Shown here: positions 44,628-53,478 of the stretch, in pieces
Layout of the letters: each line of letters opens with the position of its first letter
Numbering within the stretch: the stretch's first letter is position 1
IMG/VR virus record: IMGVR_UViG_3300037311_000053
Coordinates: 1 to 59,765 of that record
Reading direction: 5' to 3' (one strand)
Origin: a virus
Taxonomy: Duplodnaviria > Caudoviricetes
Length of the DNA stretch: 59,765 bases
Notes under the pieces: generated by a model
What the model was told of the DNA's origin: nothing
Seen by the model: only the letters and a program-made list of their open reading frames with translations
Databases searched by the model: none
Program-made: the position numbers and the translations under genes

Positions 44628-44977
44628 CCGACCGCCTCCAACTTGAGGACGAGTTCGGCAAACTCAGGTGACTTTGCGATCTTCTGCTCCGCTTGCCGAT
44701 AAGCGTGCATTGCGGTGCTGTGATCTTTCCTGCCCACGAGACGGGCGATCTGGGGCCAAGAGAGGTCAGTCCGGCGACGGTGCAGGGCATATACAAGTGC
44801 TTGTCGAATTTCCGTGTTTCCAGCCGCTTTGCATGGGCTCATGAAATCGGTGTACGAAATGCCGCGCAATTCACAGGCTTCCCGAACAATCTTTGGCGCC
44901 GGAGCGCGCTTTGCTTTTGATGTTGGGGCAGGCGGCGCTGGCGGTACATACCACGATGGCCAAGGGAAACGTCTCAT
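44624..44977 (-). CDS. DnaA C-terminal-like HTH protein
   Basis: RQALVY...LSWPQIARLVGRKDHSTAMHA. Confidence 0.85.
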   Translation of the reverse strand: MRRFPWPSWYVPPAPPAPTSKAKRAPAPKIVREACELRGISYTDFMSPCKAAGNTEIRQALVYALHRRRTDLSWPQIARLVGRKDHSTAMHAYRQAEQKIAKSPEFAELVLKLEAVG

Positions 44978-45339
44978 ATCAATCTCTCCGGTGTTGATTT
45001 TGGTTGATGGTGACATCCGACATCTGCCCGAACGCCACAGTTGAAGCAGGGTGTCCGGTCGATCACGATCAGGTTCGCGTCTTTCTCGGTCTTTATGACC
45101 CTATACTGATTGGGATTGGGCGAGTTGCGTGGCCGGCCCTTCTTCTTTGGTTTCGGCTTCCAGTCTGGATTAGCCGCCATGAAATCACGGACGCGCTTGG
45201 AAACAAGTTCCCCGCATTTCCGGCCCTCCTCCAAATTCCAGACAAAGTTTTGGTTATTGGAAACGAGGTTTCCGAACGTGGTCTTCGGCATTCCGGTGTC
45301 GAATAGGTATTGCTGTATCTCGGTCAGGAGGTCGGTCAT
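44974..45339 (-). CDS. Small DNA-binding protein (HTH plus C-terminal Cys/His motif)
   Basis: GMPKTTFG...FVWNLEEGR; PCFNCGVRADVGCHH. Confidence 0.7.
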   Translation of the reverse strand: MTDLLTEIQQYLFDTGMPKTTFGNLVSNNQNFVWNLEEGRKCGELVSKRVRDFMAANPDWKPKPKKKGRPRNSPNPNQYRVIKTEKDANLIVIDRTPCFNCGVRADVGCHHQPKSTPERLI

Positions 45340-46439
45340 GACGCCGCGCCCTTTTCGCCAAGATATTCATGAGAGTAGCAAACTCTATTTATGTGGCGCC
45401 AAGAGTGTCCACTTTCCTTGGTGTTGCGGCCACTGGCATAGTCCTTTCTATCTCGATTATTCTTACTTGTGGCCCGCCATTTTGCGGAACGATTGCGGTA
45501 GTCGCCCATGCGATGATTGCTGGTCTTTGAAAAATACCTTCCACCTTCGGATAAGATAATTTCTCCGACTGCATCGCTTATGCGAGTACCAATTCCAAGA
45601 CCTTGAAAATCAGGGAGAACAACGGTTCGATGCTCTCGCCAACCGTTCTTCCAATTCCCGCTGGGGAATGCGAGGCATGAAGCAAAGCCGACCACTACAC
45701 CATCCCAGACGGCAAGCCAGCACCGCGCACTTGGATTGATGTTTGCGTCGAGATAATGATGGTTGCGGAAGACCGACCATGCAGATGCTTTGCAGGGCAA
45801 AAGTTCGATATGAATTGTTGGTCGCCTAAGCCCCCTCCCACCGGCCATTTGGCCGGATGCTGTGTCGAAAAACCAATCAGGCTGGAGCCATTCAACAATG
45901 TCATAGTGGCAAGTTGCCAATATCAATTTTGAAACACTGCCATTGGTAACATATCGGCGCAGTGCATTGGCGCACGATCGCGCGACATTCCTATCTACAA
46001 CGCTTGTAAACTCATCAATTATCGCACCATCATTCAGCCGTCGAGCTAGGTCGGCACGAAACTTCTCGCCGGTCGAAAGAACGTGGTAAGGACGAAGCAT
46101 GGCGGGGATACTGTTAAGCCCTACGGCTCCCAACTTGTCCCTAGCCTCATCCGCTGAATTGAAATGCGATGCGACTGACTTATTTTGGTTCCACTGAACC
46201 TCAGACTCCCCTCCGAAGGTTTGAAGAATTGTAGATTTACCGCTTCCAGATGGACCGACAATTAAGCCAATGCCAAATTGATCGGGTATGTGAGGTAGAG
46301 TTGGCGGCACAAATTCTTGGCGGCCATCAAACTCATAATCAAATGCGTTTGATAATTCAGACGCGATTAAATCAAGTTCGACTTGGCACGACAAAACAGT
46401 CTGTACGTCAGGAGCAAAAAGGTCAGTTGCTAACTTCAT
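45336..46439 (-). CDS. ABC-type ATPase fused to GNAT acetyltransferase (Mom-like)
   Basis: GPSGSGKS, LSTGE, IIDEFTSVVD, ATCHYD; then HHYL and RTVVLPDFQGLGIG; ATG at 46439 coupled to the upstream stop. Confidence 0.85.
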   Translation of the reverse strand: MKLATDLFAPDVQTVLSCQVELDLIASELSNAFDYEFDGRQEFVPPTLPHIPDQFGIGLIVGPSGSGKSTILQTFGGESEVQWNQNKSVASHFNSADEARDKLGAVGLNSIPAMLRPYHVLSTGEKFRADLARRLNDGAIIDEFTSVVDRNVARSCANALRRYVTNGSVSKLILATCHYDIVEWLQPDWFFDTASGQMAGGRGLRRPTIHIELLPCKASAWSVFRNHHYLDANINPSARCWLAVWDGVVVGFASCLAFPSGNWKNGWREHRTVVLPDFQGLGIGTRISDAVGEIILSEGGRYFSKTSNHRMGDYRNRSAKWRATSKNNRDRKDYASGRNTKESGHSWRHINRVCYSHEYLGEKGAAS

Positions 46440-46986
46440 CGCGCTACTCCCAAAGGAGGCCGCAAGACTTCGTTGGCCCGATAATATGGAACGACACCGA
46501 GGGCCGAACAGGCGTAATCGAGAACGCCAATGGCCTCTGCTTGGTCGTGACGCTCTGGACGGAAGCCATATTGCTGGCACCGCTCCATTGCATAATCTTT
46601 GAGGTCTTTTGATTTCGTCCCGCGCTTCATGCTCCCAATGAAGTGCTTGCGCCAAGACGATTGATTGACTGCCCGAACGACGCGACATCCGGCCGCTTCG
46701 CCCCAGCTTTCGCAGTGCATTGCGAGGCCAACCAGAGTATTGACCGTTTCTTTATTGGTCATTCCCGAACCTAGCCCAAGGTTGAGCGGCTCCTCGTAAA
46801 AGACGGCATCTATCTTTCCGAGCGAGTGCAACTCATTCAGTTTCGATAGAGCGCTCGGAACGTGCCGCCCTTGCTTGTGAAAGCCGTTCCCAAAACCCAA
46901 TAACCAGATGCGACGTGCTGGTCGCCTTCACGCCAGCACGCCCATCCAGCCGAAGCCTTTGACAAATCGAGGCCAAGGATTCGCAT
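46436..46986 (-). pseudogene. RuvC-like Holliday junction resolvase split by a one-base frameshift
   Basis: Frame 1 MRILGLDLSK...ALYRN stops at 46837; frame 2 continues KLNELH...FYEEP...HDQAEAIGV to 46436. Confidence 0.75.
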
Positions 46987-47423
46987 TATTCAGCCGCCGC
47001 CAATGCTGGGTCTGCAGCATCAAATTCGTCGACTTCATCTTCGCCGCCCGATGGGACGTCCAGATCGGACATCTTGCTCGCGGCTTTTTCAATCGGGAAT
47101 ACGTTGCTGGTATTGCCTTCTGCATTGTCGACCAGATCCGCATGGAGAGAGACATTACGAGCGTTGAGGCCGGCATAAAGCGAACGCAGGAACGCTTGCT
47201 GTTCTGCCTGTTCCATTTCTGCAATCTTCATTGCAGCGCGGAAACCGCCTGTGTGGACGCGATGGTCCTTCTTGACGATCTTCCATGCGTCAGAGGCTTC
47301 CTTCATGGCCTGCTTCTGGGCTTTGTTGGCGGGCTTTATGTCGCTGTTGAAAATAGCCATTGCCGCTTCAAAATCGGGTGGCGGCAGTTCACCGTTCACA
47401 GGTTTACTTTTTGCCATACTCAT
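46986..47423 (-). CDS. Putative GapR/DUF2312-like nucleoid-binding protein
   Basis: Helical N-terminus with a KEASDAWKIVKK...FRAAMKIAEM pattern, acidic tail; resemblance is weak. Confidence 0.45.
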   Translation of the reverse strand: MSMAKSKPVNGELPPPDFEAAMAIFNSDIKPANKAQKQAMKEASDAWKIVKKDHRVHTGGFRAAMKIAEMEQAEQQAFLRSLYAGLNARNVSLHADLVDNAEGNTSNVFPIEKAASKMSDLDVPSGGEDEVDEFDAADPALAAAE

Positions 47424-47438
47424 ATCCTTTCAGGTTGG

Positions 47439-47684
47439 TTATGCGGTTACGTGCTTGACCGCCCACATGACGGCTTCTTCCATTTTGGTTTTTGCGATGC
47501 TGAGTTCGCGCGACGGCCCGCATTCGTCGCAAAATTTTATGAAAGCGGCTCCGGTGTCTTTGAACCAAGTCATCGCTGCTTTTTCTTCTTCGGACAGAAC
47601 ACGATATTTGTGCCTAACAGCGTTGTTCGCAGTTCGGTCATCCGAGGCGCTATCAACCATTTCAGGGTCTTCACTCATTCTCAT
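47439..47684 (-). CDS. Acb2/Tad1-like cyclic-nucleotide sponge (anti-defence)
   Basis: YRVLSEEEKAAM...K..G..F (Acb2-like) and SRELSIAKTKMEEAVMWA (Tad1-like hairpin). Confidence 0.7.
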   Translation of the reverse strand: MRMSEDPEMVDSASDDRTANNAVRHKYRVLSEEEKAAMTWFKDTGAAFIKFCDECGPSRELSIAKTKMEEAVMWAVKHVTA

Positions 47685-47697
47685 TTCCTTTCGGGGT

Positions 47698-48066
47698 TTA
47701 CATCGGGGACGTGATTACTTGGGCGCAGCCAGGAGAGGCCCTACGCTTTCCGGTCCAAGCTGGAGGGTGTTGATGTCCCATCTCGCCCTCTGACGCAGCC
47801 GATGTGCCTGCGCCGGAATTACAAAGTCCGGTGCCAGCGGGACGGGGGCTTGCTGGCACCGGAGAGGCTGGGGATTGGCCGGTAAGAGCCGCACCCCTGC
47901 GTTGAAGTGATTGGGGGATGCCATAGGCGGCATCGAGATAGCGCTGCTTGCGTTCGCGCGACCATTGGGCCAAGCGCTTCTCCCGCGCTTCGGGATCAGG
48001 ACGAAGCGTAGCGGCAAGGCGCTCGGCGGGGCTTGGTTCAGCCTTCTTTTTGAACAGGCCGAACAT
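47698..48066 (-). CDS. Hypothetical protein
   Basis: MFGLFKKKAEP start coupled to an upstream small ORF; C-terminal half doubtful. Confidence 0.45.
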   Translation of the reverse strand: MFGLFKKKAEPSPAERLAATLRPDPEAREKRLAQWSRERKQRYLDAAYGIPQSLQRRGAALTGQSPASPVPASPRPAGTGLCNSGAGTSAASEGEMGHQHPPAWTGKRRASPGCAQVITSPM

Positions 48067-48162
48067 CACTTTGAATACCATCCGAGAATGAGGATCAGGA
48101 CAAAGCAGATCACTACGGCGAAAATGCACCAAAGCATGATGGCGCCAACTGACAGTAAAGCC

Positions 48163-48336
48163 TCACTCACCGACGATCTCCTCGACGATGGCGTCACGGT
48201 CCATTTCGTATGCGATGTTGGCGAGGCGCTTTTGAGCAATCTGGATTGTTCTCAGATCGCACGTTCCAGCATCAAGCGCGGTTTTGAGCGCGGCGAATAT
48301 CCCGTCGATACGGGAAGCAATCTCTCCCTGTGTCAT
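48163..48336 (-). CDS. Hypothetical protein
   Basis: GGAGG RBS before MTQGEIASR. Confidence 0.55.
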   Translation of the reverse strand: MTQGEIASRIDGIFAALKTALDAGTCDLRTIQIAQKRLANIAYEMDRDAIVEEIVGE

Positions 48337-48415
48337 TTGACCCTCCATTGCAGCAATGCACCCGCCACCTTGGAAGCGGGTAAATGATGATAGGTGTGCG
48401 CGGATGTCGGGCGGG

Positions 48416-49051
48416 TCATGCGGCATCCTCGTAGTCCGATGCTTTTTCGAGACGGGAGCGGCATGGGGCTATCCAGCGCAGGCGGGTGTCAGCCTTTTCA
48501 ATCTCATCAGTCAGCCAAACGAGCCAGCTATATGAAGTTGCCGAAGACACTTTGGGGTCAACCTTGCCCTTACACATCGGAGCGCGCTCGACAAATTGCA
48601 GGACATAATGAGGGGGGGTATTGGAAAACAGGTTCTCAAACCGCGCCTTGCCTTCAAGGAAGGCGCTGCGAACAATCATGGCAACGCCACGGTCGCTCGT
48701 TTCAAGAGCGCGTTGGATAAACTGCTCTGCCAACCGGAAGGGAGGGTTTGTTATGGTCCAGTTTGTTTGTTCGGGCAAAAATCCAAAAAGATAATCTTGG
48801 ACAGGATAACCAGCGCCATAATCATGGACGTCGCTTGCTTCTACATTGGCAAAGTATTCCGAGAGAGGCCGGACCATATAACCACGGTTTGCCGCTGGCT
48901 CTCTCACGCAAAGGCCGGACAGGTCGCCAACATTGGCTTCCAGCCACTCGCATAAAGCGCGGGTCGACCAGGGAGGCGTGGGAAAATCATCCAAGCTGTC
49001 ATGCGGCTCAGAGCGTTGCTGCATCACTGCGCTTGAACGATTTGCGACCAT
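48416..49051 (-). CDS. Phage DNA adenine methyltransferase
   Basis: DDFPTPPW, EPAANRG (motif I variant), ITNPPF (motif IV). Confidence 0.88.
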   Translation of the reverse strand: MVANRSSAVMQQRSEPHDSLDDFPTPPWSTRALCEWLEANVGDLSGLCVREPAANRGYMVRPLSEYFANVEASDVHDYGAGYPVQDYLFGFLPEQTNWTITNPPFRLAEQFIQRALETSDRGVAMIVRSAFLEGKARFENLFSNTPPHYVLQFVERAPMCKGKVDPKVSSATSYSWLVWLTDEIEKADTRLRWIAPCRSRLEKASDYEDAA

Positions 49052-49536
49052 CAGACAGCCTCCGCCGCACTGGATAGAGGCATGACCGCTGCGATGATCT
49101 GATCAGCAGCATCACGGCAAGCGGCGCGTTCGGTATGGTCAAAGCGACCATCGGAGGCCGCTTGAACGAGAGTATTCAGAGGCGCAACCACCGCAGCAAT
49201 GATTTCCATCGGCGGCAATTCGTCTTCATCGGCCATCGGCTTCGCACCGCCATATCCGATGATCGAAAGTATGGCGTTGACCGTGCGAGGGCCAAGCACG
49301 AGCGCCAGCGACAAAGCAGCCGATAGCGATGGTTCCCGCACTTCGGTTTCGTCCTGAGACATATAGCTACGGATTGCCCGAACCTTGACGCCAGACTGAG
49401 CAGCCAACTCCAAAACGGTAAATCGGCGCTCGACATTGATGGCGATATGAAGGGCCATGCGGACAGCATCAGTTACGCGATTGCGTGAAACGACCGCAAA
49501 ATCTTCCACTGTTTCAATGGCTTTCATTGGGTACAC
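49051..49536 (-). CDS. CII-like regulator
   Basis: HTH N-terminus, ASDGRFDHTER C-terminus; downstream of cro. Confidence 0.6.
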   Translation of the reverse strand: MYPMKAIETVEDFAVVSRNRVTDAVRMALHIAINVERRFTVLELAAQSGVKVRAIRSYMSQDETEVREPSLSAALSLALVLGPRTVNAILSIIGYGGAKPMADEDELPPMEIIAAVVAPLNTLVQAASDGRFDHTERAACRDAADQIIAAVMPLSSAAEAV

Positions 49537-49811
49537 CCCAAGCCATGAACAGGAATAAACCTCAGTGGAACGCCGTTGATGCTCGGAGCAAGAGACGGCT
49601 TAACAACTTCAATCGCGCGGGCTCGGTTACGCATCCGGCGAATGCGGCCACGTTCTTCAAGGGAAATCAGGATACTTTGGGCAGAGCTTTTGGACCCACG
49701 GCCCAGAAACGTGATTATCTCGTCCATGCTTGGGGACACGCCACCGCGCTTCATTATGTAGGCTTCAATGAAACGAAGAACGCTCAGTTGCGTTTGAGTG
49801 AGGCCGATCAT
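49524..49811 (-). CDS. LexA-type DNA-binding-domain protein
   Basis: LTQTQLSVLRFI...SPSMDEI...LEERGRIRR...ARAIEV; no peptidase domain. Confidence 0.85.
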   Translation of the reverse strand: MIGLTQTQLSVLRFIEAYIMKRGGVSPSMDEIITFLGRGSKSSAQSILISLEERGRIRRMRNRARAIEVVKPSLAPSINGVPLRFIPVHGLGCTQ

Positions 49812-50008
49812 GCGGCTTCGCTTTCGGGAAGCGCATTGAGGTCGACACCCTTCTCTGCAGCGAGATCGGCAACAGCCTTCATGTGCCAGCGTGGGATTTT
49901 GTTGGACTTGTGTATCCAGCTCGAAACCGTGGACGGCGTAAGCTCTAAAGCCTTCGCTACTGCGCTGACGCCACCAAGGGCTTTTAGGGTTTGTTCGATT
50001 TTGCTCAT
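49808..50008 (-). CDS. Cro-like repressor
   Basis: LGGVSAVAKALELTPSTVSSW...IPRWH; divergent from CI. Confidence 0.85.
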   Translation of the reverse strand: MSKIEQTLKALGGVSAVAKALELTPSTVSSWIHKSNKIPRWHMKAVADLAAEKGVDLNALPESEAA

Positions 50009-50016
50009 AATCGGCA

Positions 50017-50069
50017 CTGTTACGGTTATCGTAAGGTAAAAGTCAAATGCAAAATTACGAAATCCGTTA
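50017..50069. promoter_or_regulatory. OR-like operators and cro promoter
   Basis: TTACGGTTATCGTAA 50020-50034 and TTACGAAATCCGTTA 50055-50069; minus-strand TTGACT-N18-TAACAG. Confidence 0.75.
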
Positions 50070-50103
50070 CAGACCCCAGCCGCCGCGCGGTTTACGCTGG
50101 GAT

Positions 50104-50775
50104 ATGCTTAGTCATGACGAAATATTGGCCGAGATGATTCGGCAATTTGAGGCGGGGAAAATCACGTTGGCGCAAGTTGCGCGGCATCTCACCATTGCCC
50201 CAGCCCGCGTTACCGAAATGAAGAAGGGTGATCGCAAGATACAGCCGACCGAAATGCACAAGCTGGCTGAGTTTCTTGGCATGACATCTGTTCCCACGCC
50301 TACTCAGGCGATCGAATCCATAAGGAAAATCCCTATTCTGGGGAAAGTTGCGGCAGGAGTTTGGATGGAGCAAACCTACGTAGATGAAGATTTTATCGAA
50401 ACCATCGAATATGACCGCCTACCGGGTGACGGCAATCCAGAGGACATGTTTGCGGTAATCCCAGAAGGGGCCAGCATGAACCAGACAATACCGGCAAATA
50501 TGATCTTGATATGCAGGAGAGTGCCGTTCGGCTTTAGTGGCTTCAAGGAGAACCAGTTGGTTATCGTTGAACGTGAGAACCACAACTTGAGAGAGATGAC
50601 GTGCAAACGGCTGAAATACTCGGAGAGCGGCGATTTTCTCTTATGTAGCGAAAGCGACCGGCCTGAGTTTGCCGAGCCATTCTTTGTGAAGCGGTCGACA
50701 GATCACGAATTTGTTGACATGGAAATCAGCATAATTGGCGTAGTGATCCGAGGCGTGGTCGATTTCCAAAACTGA
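50104..50775 (+). CDS. CI-like repressor (HTH plus S24 peptidase)
   Basis: HTH, VAAG cleavage site, EGASM (Ser), TCKR (Lys); probable start ATG at 50104. Confidence 0.92.
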   Translation: MLSHDEILAEMIRQFEAGKITLAQVARHLTIAPARVTEMKKGDRKIQPTEMHKLAEFLGMTSVPTPTQAIESIRKIPILGKVAAGVWMEQTYVDEDFIETIEYDRLPGDGNPEDMFAVIPEGASMNQTIPANMILICRRVPFGFSGFKENQLVIVERENHNLREMTCKRLKYSESGDFLLCSESDRPEFAEPFFVKRSTDHEFVDMEISIIGVVIRGVVDFQN

Positions 50776-50785
50776 GGAGTGAACA

Positions 50786-51067
50786 ATGACCGATGCAAAA
50801 CCAGAAACAAGCCGTTGGACAAAGGTGATTGCCTTGGGCGTCGTTTTTATTGCCGGCGTTCTCGGATACAATCAGATGTCGAGCTATTTTGGCCAGAGAT
50901 GCTACGCCAAAGCGCTTGAGGCGGATCAATTTACGACCGTGATCGAAACGAAATGGACCCTTTCTGGGTGCCAGTATCGCTATAAAATCTCATATAGCGA
51001 AGCCGAACCAGAGTGGATCGACGACAGCTATTTTGAAACCTTCCACATGAAGAAGCCAAAAAGCTAA
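50786..51067 (+). CDS. Membrane-anchored protein co-transcribed with CI (superinfection-exclusion candidate)
   Basis: GAGGAG RBS, N-terminal TM, two Cys. Confidence 0.65.
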   Translation: MTDAKPETSRWTKVIALGVVFIAGVLGYNQMSSYFGQRCYAKALEADQFTTVIETKWTLSGCQYRYKISYSEAEPEWIDDSYFETFHMKKPKS

Positions 51068-51077
51068 CCGCATATTA

Positions 51078-51120
51078 TTACGAAAAGCGTATTGACTTCG
51101 CGTTACGCTTTCCGTAACTC
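51078..51120 (+). promoter_or_regulatory. OL-like operators and early promoter
   Basis: TTACGAAAAGCGTAT 51078-51092, TTACGCTTTCCGTAA 51103-51117; TTGACT-N17-TAACTC. Confidence 0.8.
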
Positions 51121-51150
51121 TGTCTCCATCACCACCGATGGGGACAAACT

Positions 51151-51438
51151 GTGCATACAGGAAAGATTGAATTTAGAGGGGCTTTAGCGGATTGCGCTGT
51201 ATGCCCTGAGGGTCGGACATGGGCTTGGGAAATCCGGCCTGAGGATGACAGCGACGGCTTTGTAGGGAATGACCACGTTGCGATTGACTTGGCGACCGGC
51301 GAGGAACGTCCTCTGCGCTGGAGCCGGTTCCAGCGTTATACCAACCGACATTTTGCAGCATTTGTTTCTGGCGGCTTTGCTGATGCTGGCCGGTCGAACA
51401 TTTGGCCGGATGATATTCTGCCGAGTATTGCAGCATGA
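51151..51438 (+). CDS. Hypothetical early protein
   Basis: First ORF after the early promoter; coupled downstream. Confidence 0.6.
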   Translation: MHTGKIEFRGALADCAVCPEGRTWAWEIRPEDDSDGFVGNDHVAIDLATGEERPLRWSRFQRYTNRHFAAFVSGGFADAGRSNIWPDDILPSIAA

Positions 51439-51677
51439 GCATCACCGCACATAAGCCACATCCCAGCAAGAGGCCGCGCCGCGAATTGTGGCATCGCAAA
51501 TACATCATTTGCGCGACGCTTCAACTTGAGGGTCGCTCCGGTCATTACAAGGTCCGGTTTGAAACCGTATTGCGTCGCTGGTCGGTCAGCAAAAGGCGCT
51601 GGCTATATCTGCGCCTTACGCCTTCGCGTAGTTGGTCCATGATCGGAACCGACCGGCGCGTTGAGGTGGCATCATGA
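51435..51677 (+). CDS. Basic hypothetical protein
   Basis: ATGA coupling on both sides. Confidence 0.6.
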   Translation: MSITAHKPHPSKRPRRELWHRKYIICATLQLEGRSGHYKVRFETVLRRWSVSKRRWLYLRLTPSRSWSMIGTDRRVEVAS

Positions 51678-51904
51678 GCGGCCATGCTGATCTCGCCCGC
51701 CGCCTTCGTGAATGCGAGCGCGCCTTCATCAAACTCCAGAAAATCAGGGGCAAGAATTACTCGACCTATATCCGGCAAGTGCGGGGATGGATCGAAGACT
51801 TGCTGGATAAGCGCGTCCCTTTGGAAACCTATCGTGACTGGACCGAGCAAACCGAAGCCCGTGTTGCGCGGTTGGCGTTCCCTAAAGCTGTGTTGGAGAA
51901 TTGA
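51674..51904 (+). CDS. Hypothetical protein
   Basis: GAGG RBS, ATGA coupling. Confidence 0.6.
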   Translation: MSGHADLARRLRECERAFIKLQKIRGKNYSTYIRQVRGWIEDLLDKRVPLETYRDWTEQTEARVARLAFPKAVLEN

Positions 51905-51905
51905 T

Positions 51906-52283
51906 ATGAGTAATATCGAAAACGGCGAGATCGAAAGTGCCGATATTGTGTTTTCGCGCGGCTTCATTTTGGATTGCTGGCTGTTCCTGAAATTCGATGG
52001 AACTGGCCAAGGATTTGGCGGCTACGTGCTTGGTGGTAGCCCATTCGATACGAACGCGAAGTGTGCAGAACACCATAACCAAAAGAACCTTGCCGCGGAC
52101 TTCATCGGTGGATGTCTTGCTGTCGCTGGCGTCGAGAAATTCAGTCAGCTTAAAGGCAAGGTTATCCGTGTTGAGCGCGAAGATGATTTCGGCCCAATCG
52201 TGGCTATCGGCCATGCCTACAAAGACATTTGGTATCGACCGAAAGAGCGGCTTGAGCGTCTCACAAAAGGAGATGCAGCATGA
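51906..52283 (+). CDS. Conserved phage hypothetical protein
   Basis: GQGFGGYVL...GVEKFSQLKGKVIRV...AIGH. Confidence 0.75.
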   Translation: MSNIENGEIESADIVFSRGFILDCWLFLKFDGTGQGFGGYVLGGSPFDTNAKCAEHHNQKNLAADFIGGCLAVAGVEKFSQLKGKVIRVEREDDFGPIVAIGHAYKDIWYRPKERLERLTKGDAA

Positions 52284-52675
52284 CTTCGCTGGTAGAAAGA
52301 TTGCGGGACATCCTGCCTTTGCTGGAAGAACTGGAAACAGGTCAGGACTGCGAAGAATATGCCTACGCCAAGGGCAAGGCTTTTCAGGCCATGACATATG
52401 AGCCGGAAGCGTTTGAAGCGTTGCGGTCAATCCCAGAAGCAGCCGACACTATAGAGGCTATGCAGGCCGCTCTCAAAACGGCTCGGACCTACATGACCGA
52501 CTTTGAGGGCTTGCCGCATTGGGACCATGACAACCCTTTGAGGCAGATCGACGCCGCCCTTGCAATGATCGAGCCGCAGCCAACCCCGATGTCCGCCTAT
52601 GGCGCAAACGACATGGGATGCGCCCAGCCAATCGAAGACGCGACTTATGAGCCTGCAGATGGGGTTCAGATATGA
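52280..52675 (+). CDS. Hypothetical protein
   Basis: LVERLR...EAADTIE phage motif. Confidence 0.7.
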   Translation: MTSLVERLRDILPLLEELETGQDCEEYAYAKGKAFQAMTYEPEAFEALRSIPEAADTIEAMQAALKTARTYMTDFEGLPHWDHDNPLRQIDAALAMIEPQPTPMSAYGANDMGCAQPIEDATYEPADGVQI

Positions 52676-53220
52676 GCCGGAGCATACCCATCCGCCGCGC
52701 TCAATTCGACGTGCAGCAATTTGCCGCATGGCTGGTGAAGGAAGGCGCAGAAATCGGCGTCCAGACAAACCCGTATGAGGTTATCCGATACAGGGCTTAC
52801 TGGCGCGGCACGTCCAAGGCAGCGACGCATATTGTGTATGCGAAAGAAAGCGGATTGCTGACTTGGACCGGAGCCAGCCTTGGACATTACCGAGCATTCC
52901 TTGATGGCGCTCCGATCGCAGAACTCAAAACCGGAAAGACGTCAAAGGCAAGGCCCGCACCGAAGCATTCTAAGACAGAGAACAAGCGCATCGCATTGGC
53001 AGAACGCGACGGCAATGATTGCTGGTTTTGCGGTCGGACTATGGAAAGCAATGATCGGACGCTCGAGCATCTGGTTCCGAAATCCAAGGGCGGGCCAAAC
53101 AATCTCGACAATTACGTTTTAGCCCATCGCTCTTGCAACAATCTCGCCGCCGATATGCCTTTGGTGGAGAAGATTGAACTTCGCGCAAAGTTGCGTGCCA
53201 AGGTGGAGGCATCGGCATGA
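52672..53220 (+). CDS. HNH endonuclease
   Basis: RDGNDCWFCG...TLEHLVPKSKGG...LAHRSCN. Confidence 0.88.
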   Translation: MSRSIPIRRAQFDVQQFAAWLVKEGAEIGVQTNPYEVIRYRAYWRGTSKAATHIVYAKESGLLTWTGASLGHYRAFLDGAPIAELKTGKTSKARPAPKHSKTENKRIALAERDGNDCWFCGRTMESNDRTLEHLVPKSKGGPNNLDNYVLAHRSCNNLAADMPLVEKIELRAKLRAKVEASA

Positions 53221-53478
53221 CCCCAACCCGCGCTGCCCAATTCGCTGACTGGCTCACCAAATTCACCCTCGGCTTTGCCTTTGTCATCGCCGCCGTGATG
53301 CTTTTCTTTATTATGATCGGAGTAATGTCGTGAGTGACCGCGATAAGAAATTCAATTCGGTTCTCGACCAGATCGAGCGTCCAACTGACAATATGGCGTG
53401 GCTTGAAAATGCCACTCGCTCAATCGCTGCGAATAAAGATCGCTGGGCGGCTGAGGATGCTGAATGCGAGGCAGTGGC

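Noticed and set aside
45336-46688. 450-aa version of the ATPase-GNAT ORF, or a role as a membrane transporter subunit
   Set aside because: The extra N-terminus overlaps the RuvC-like gene; ATG 46439 is coupled to its stop; no permease is nearby.
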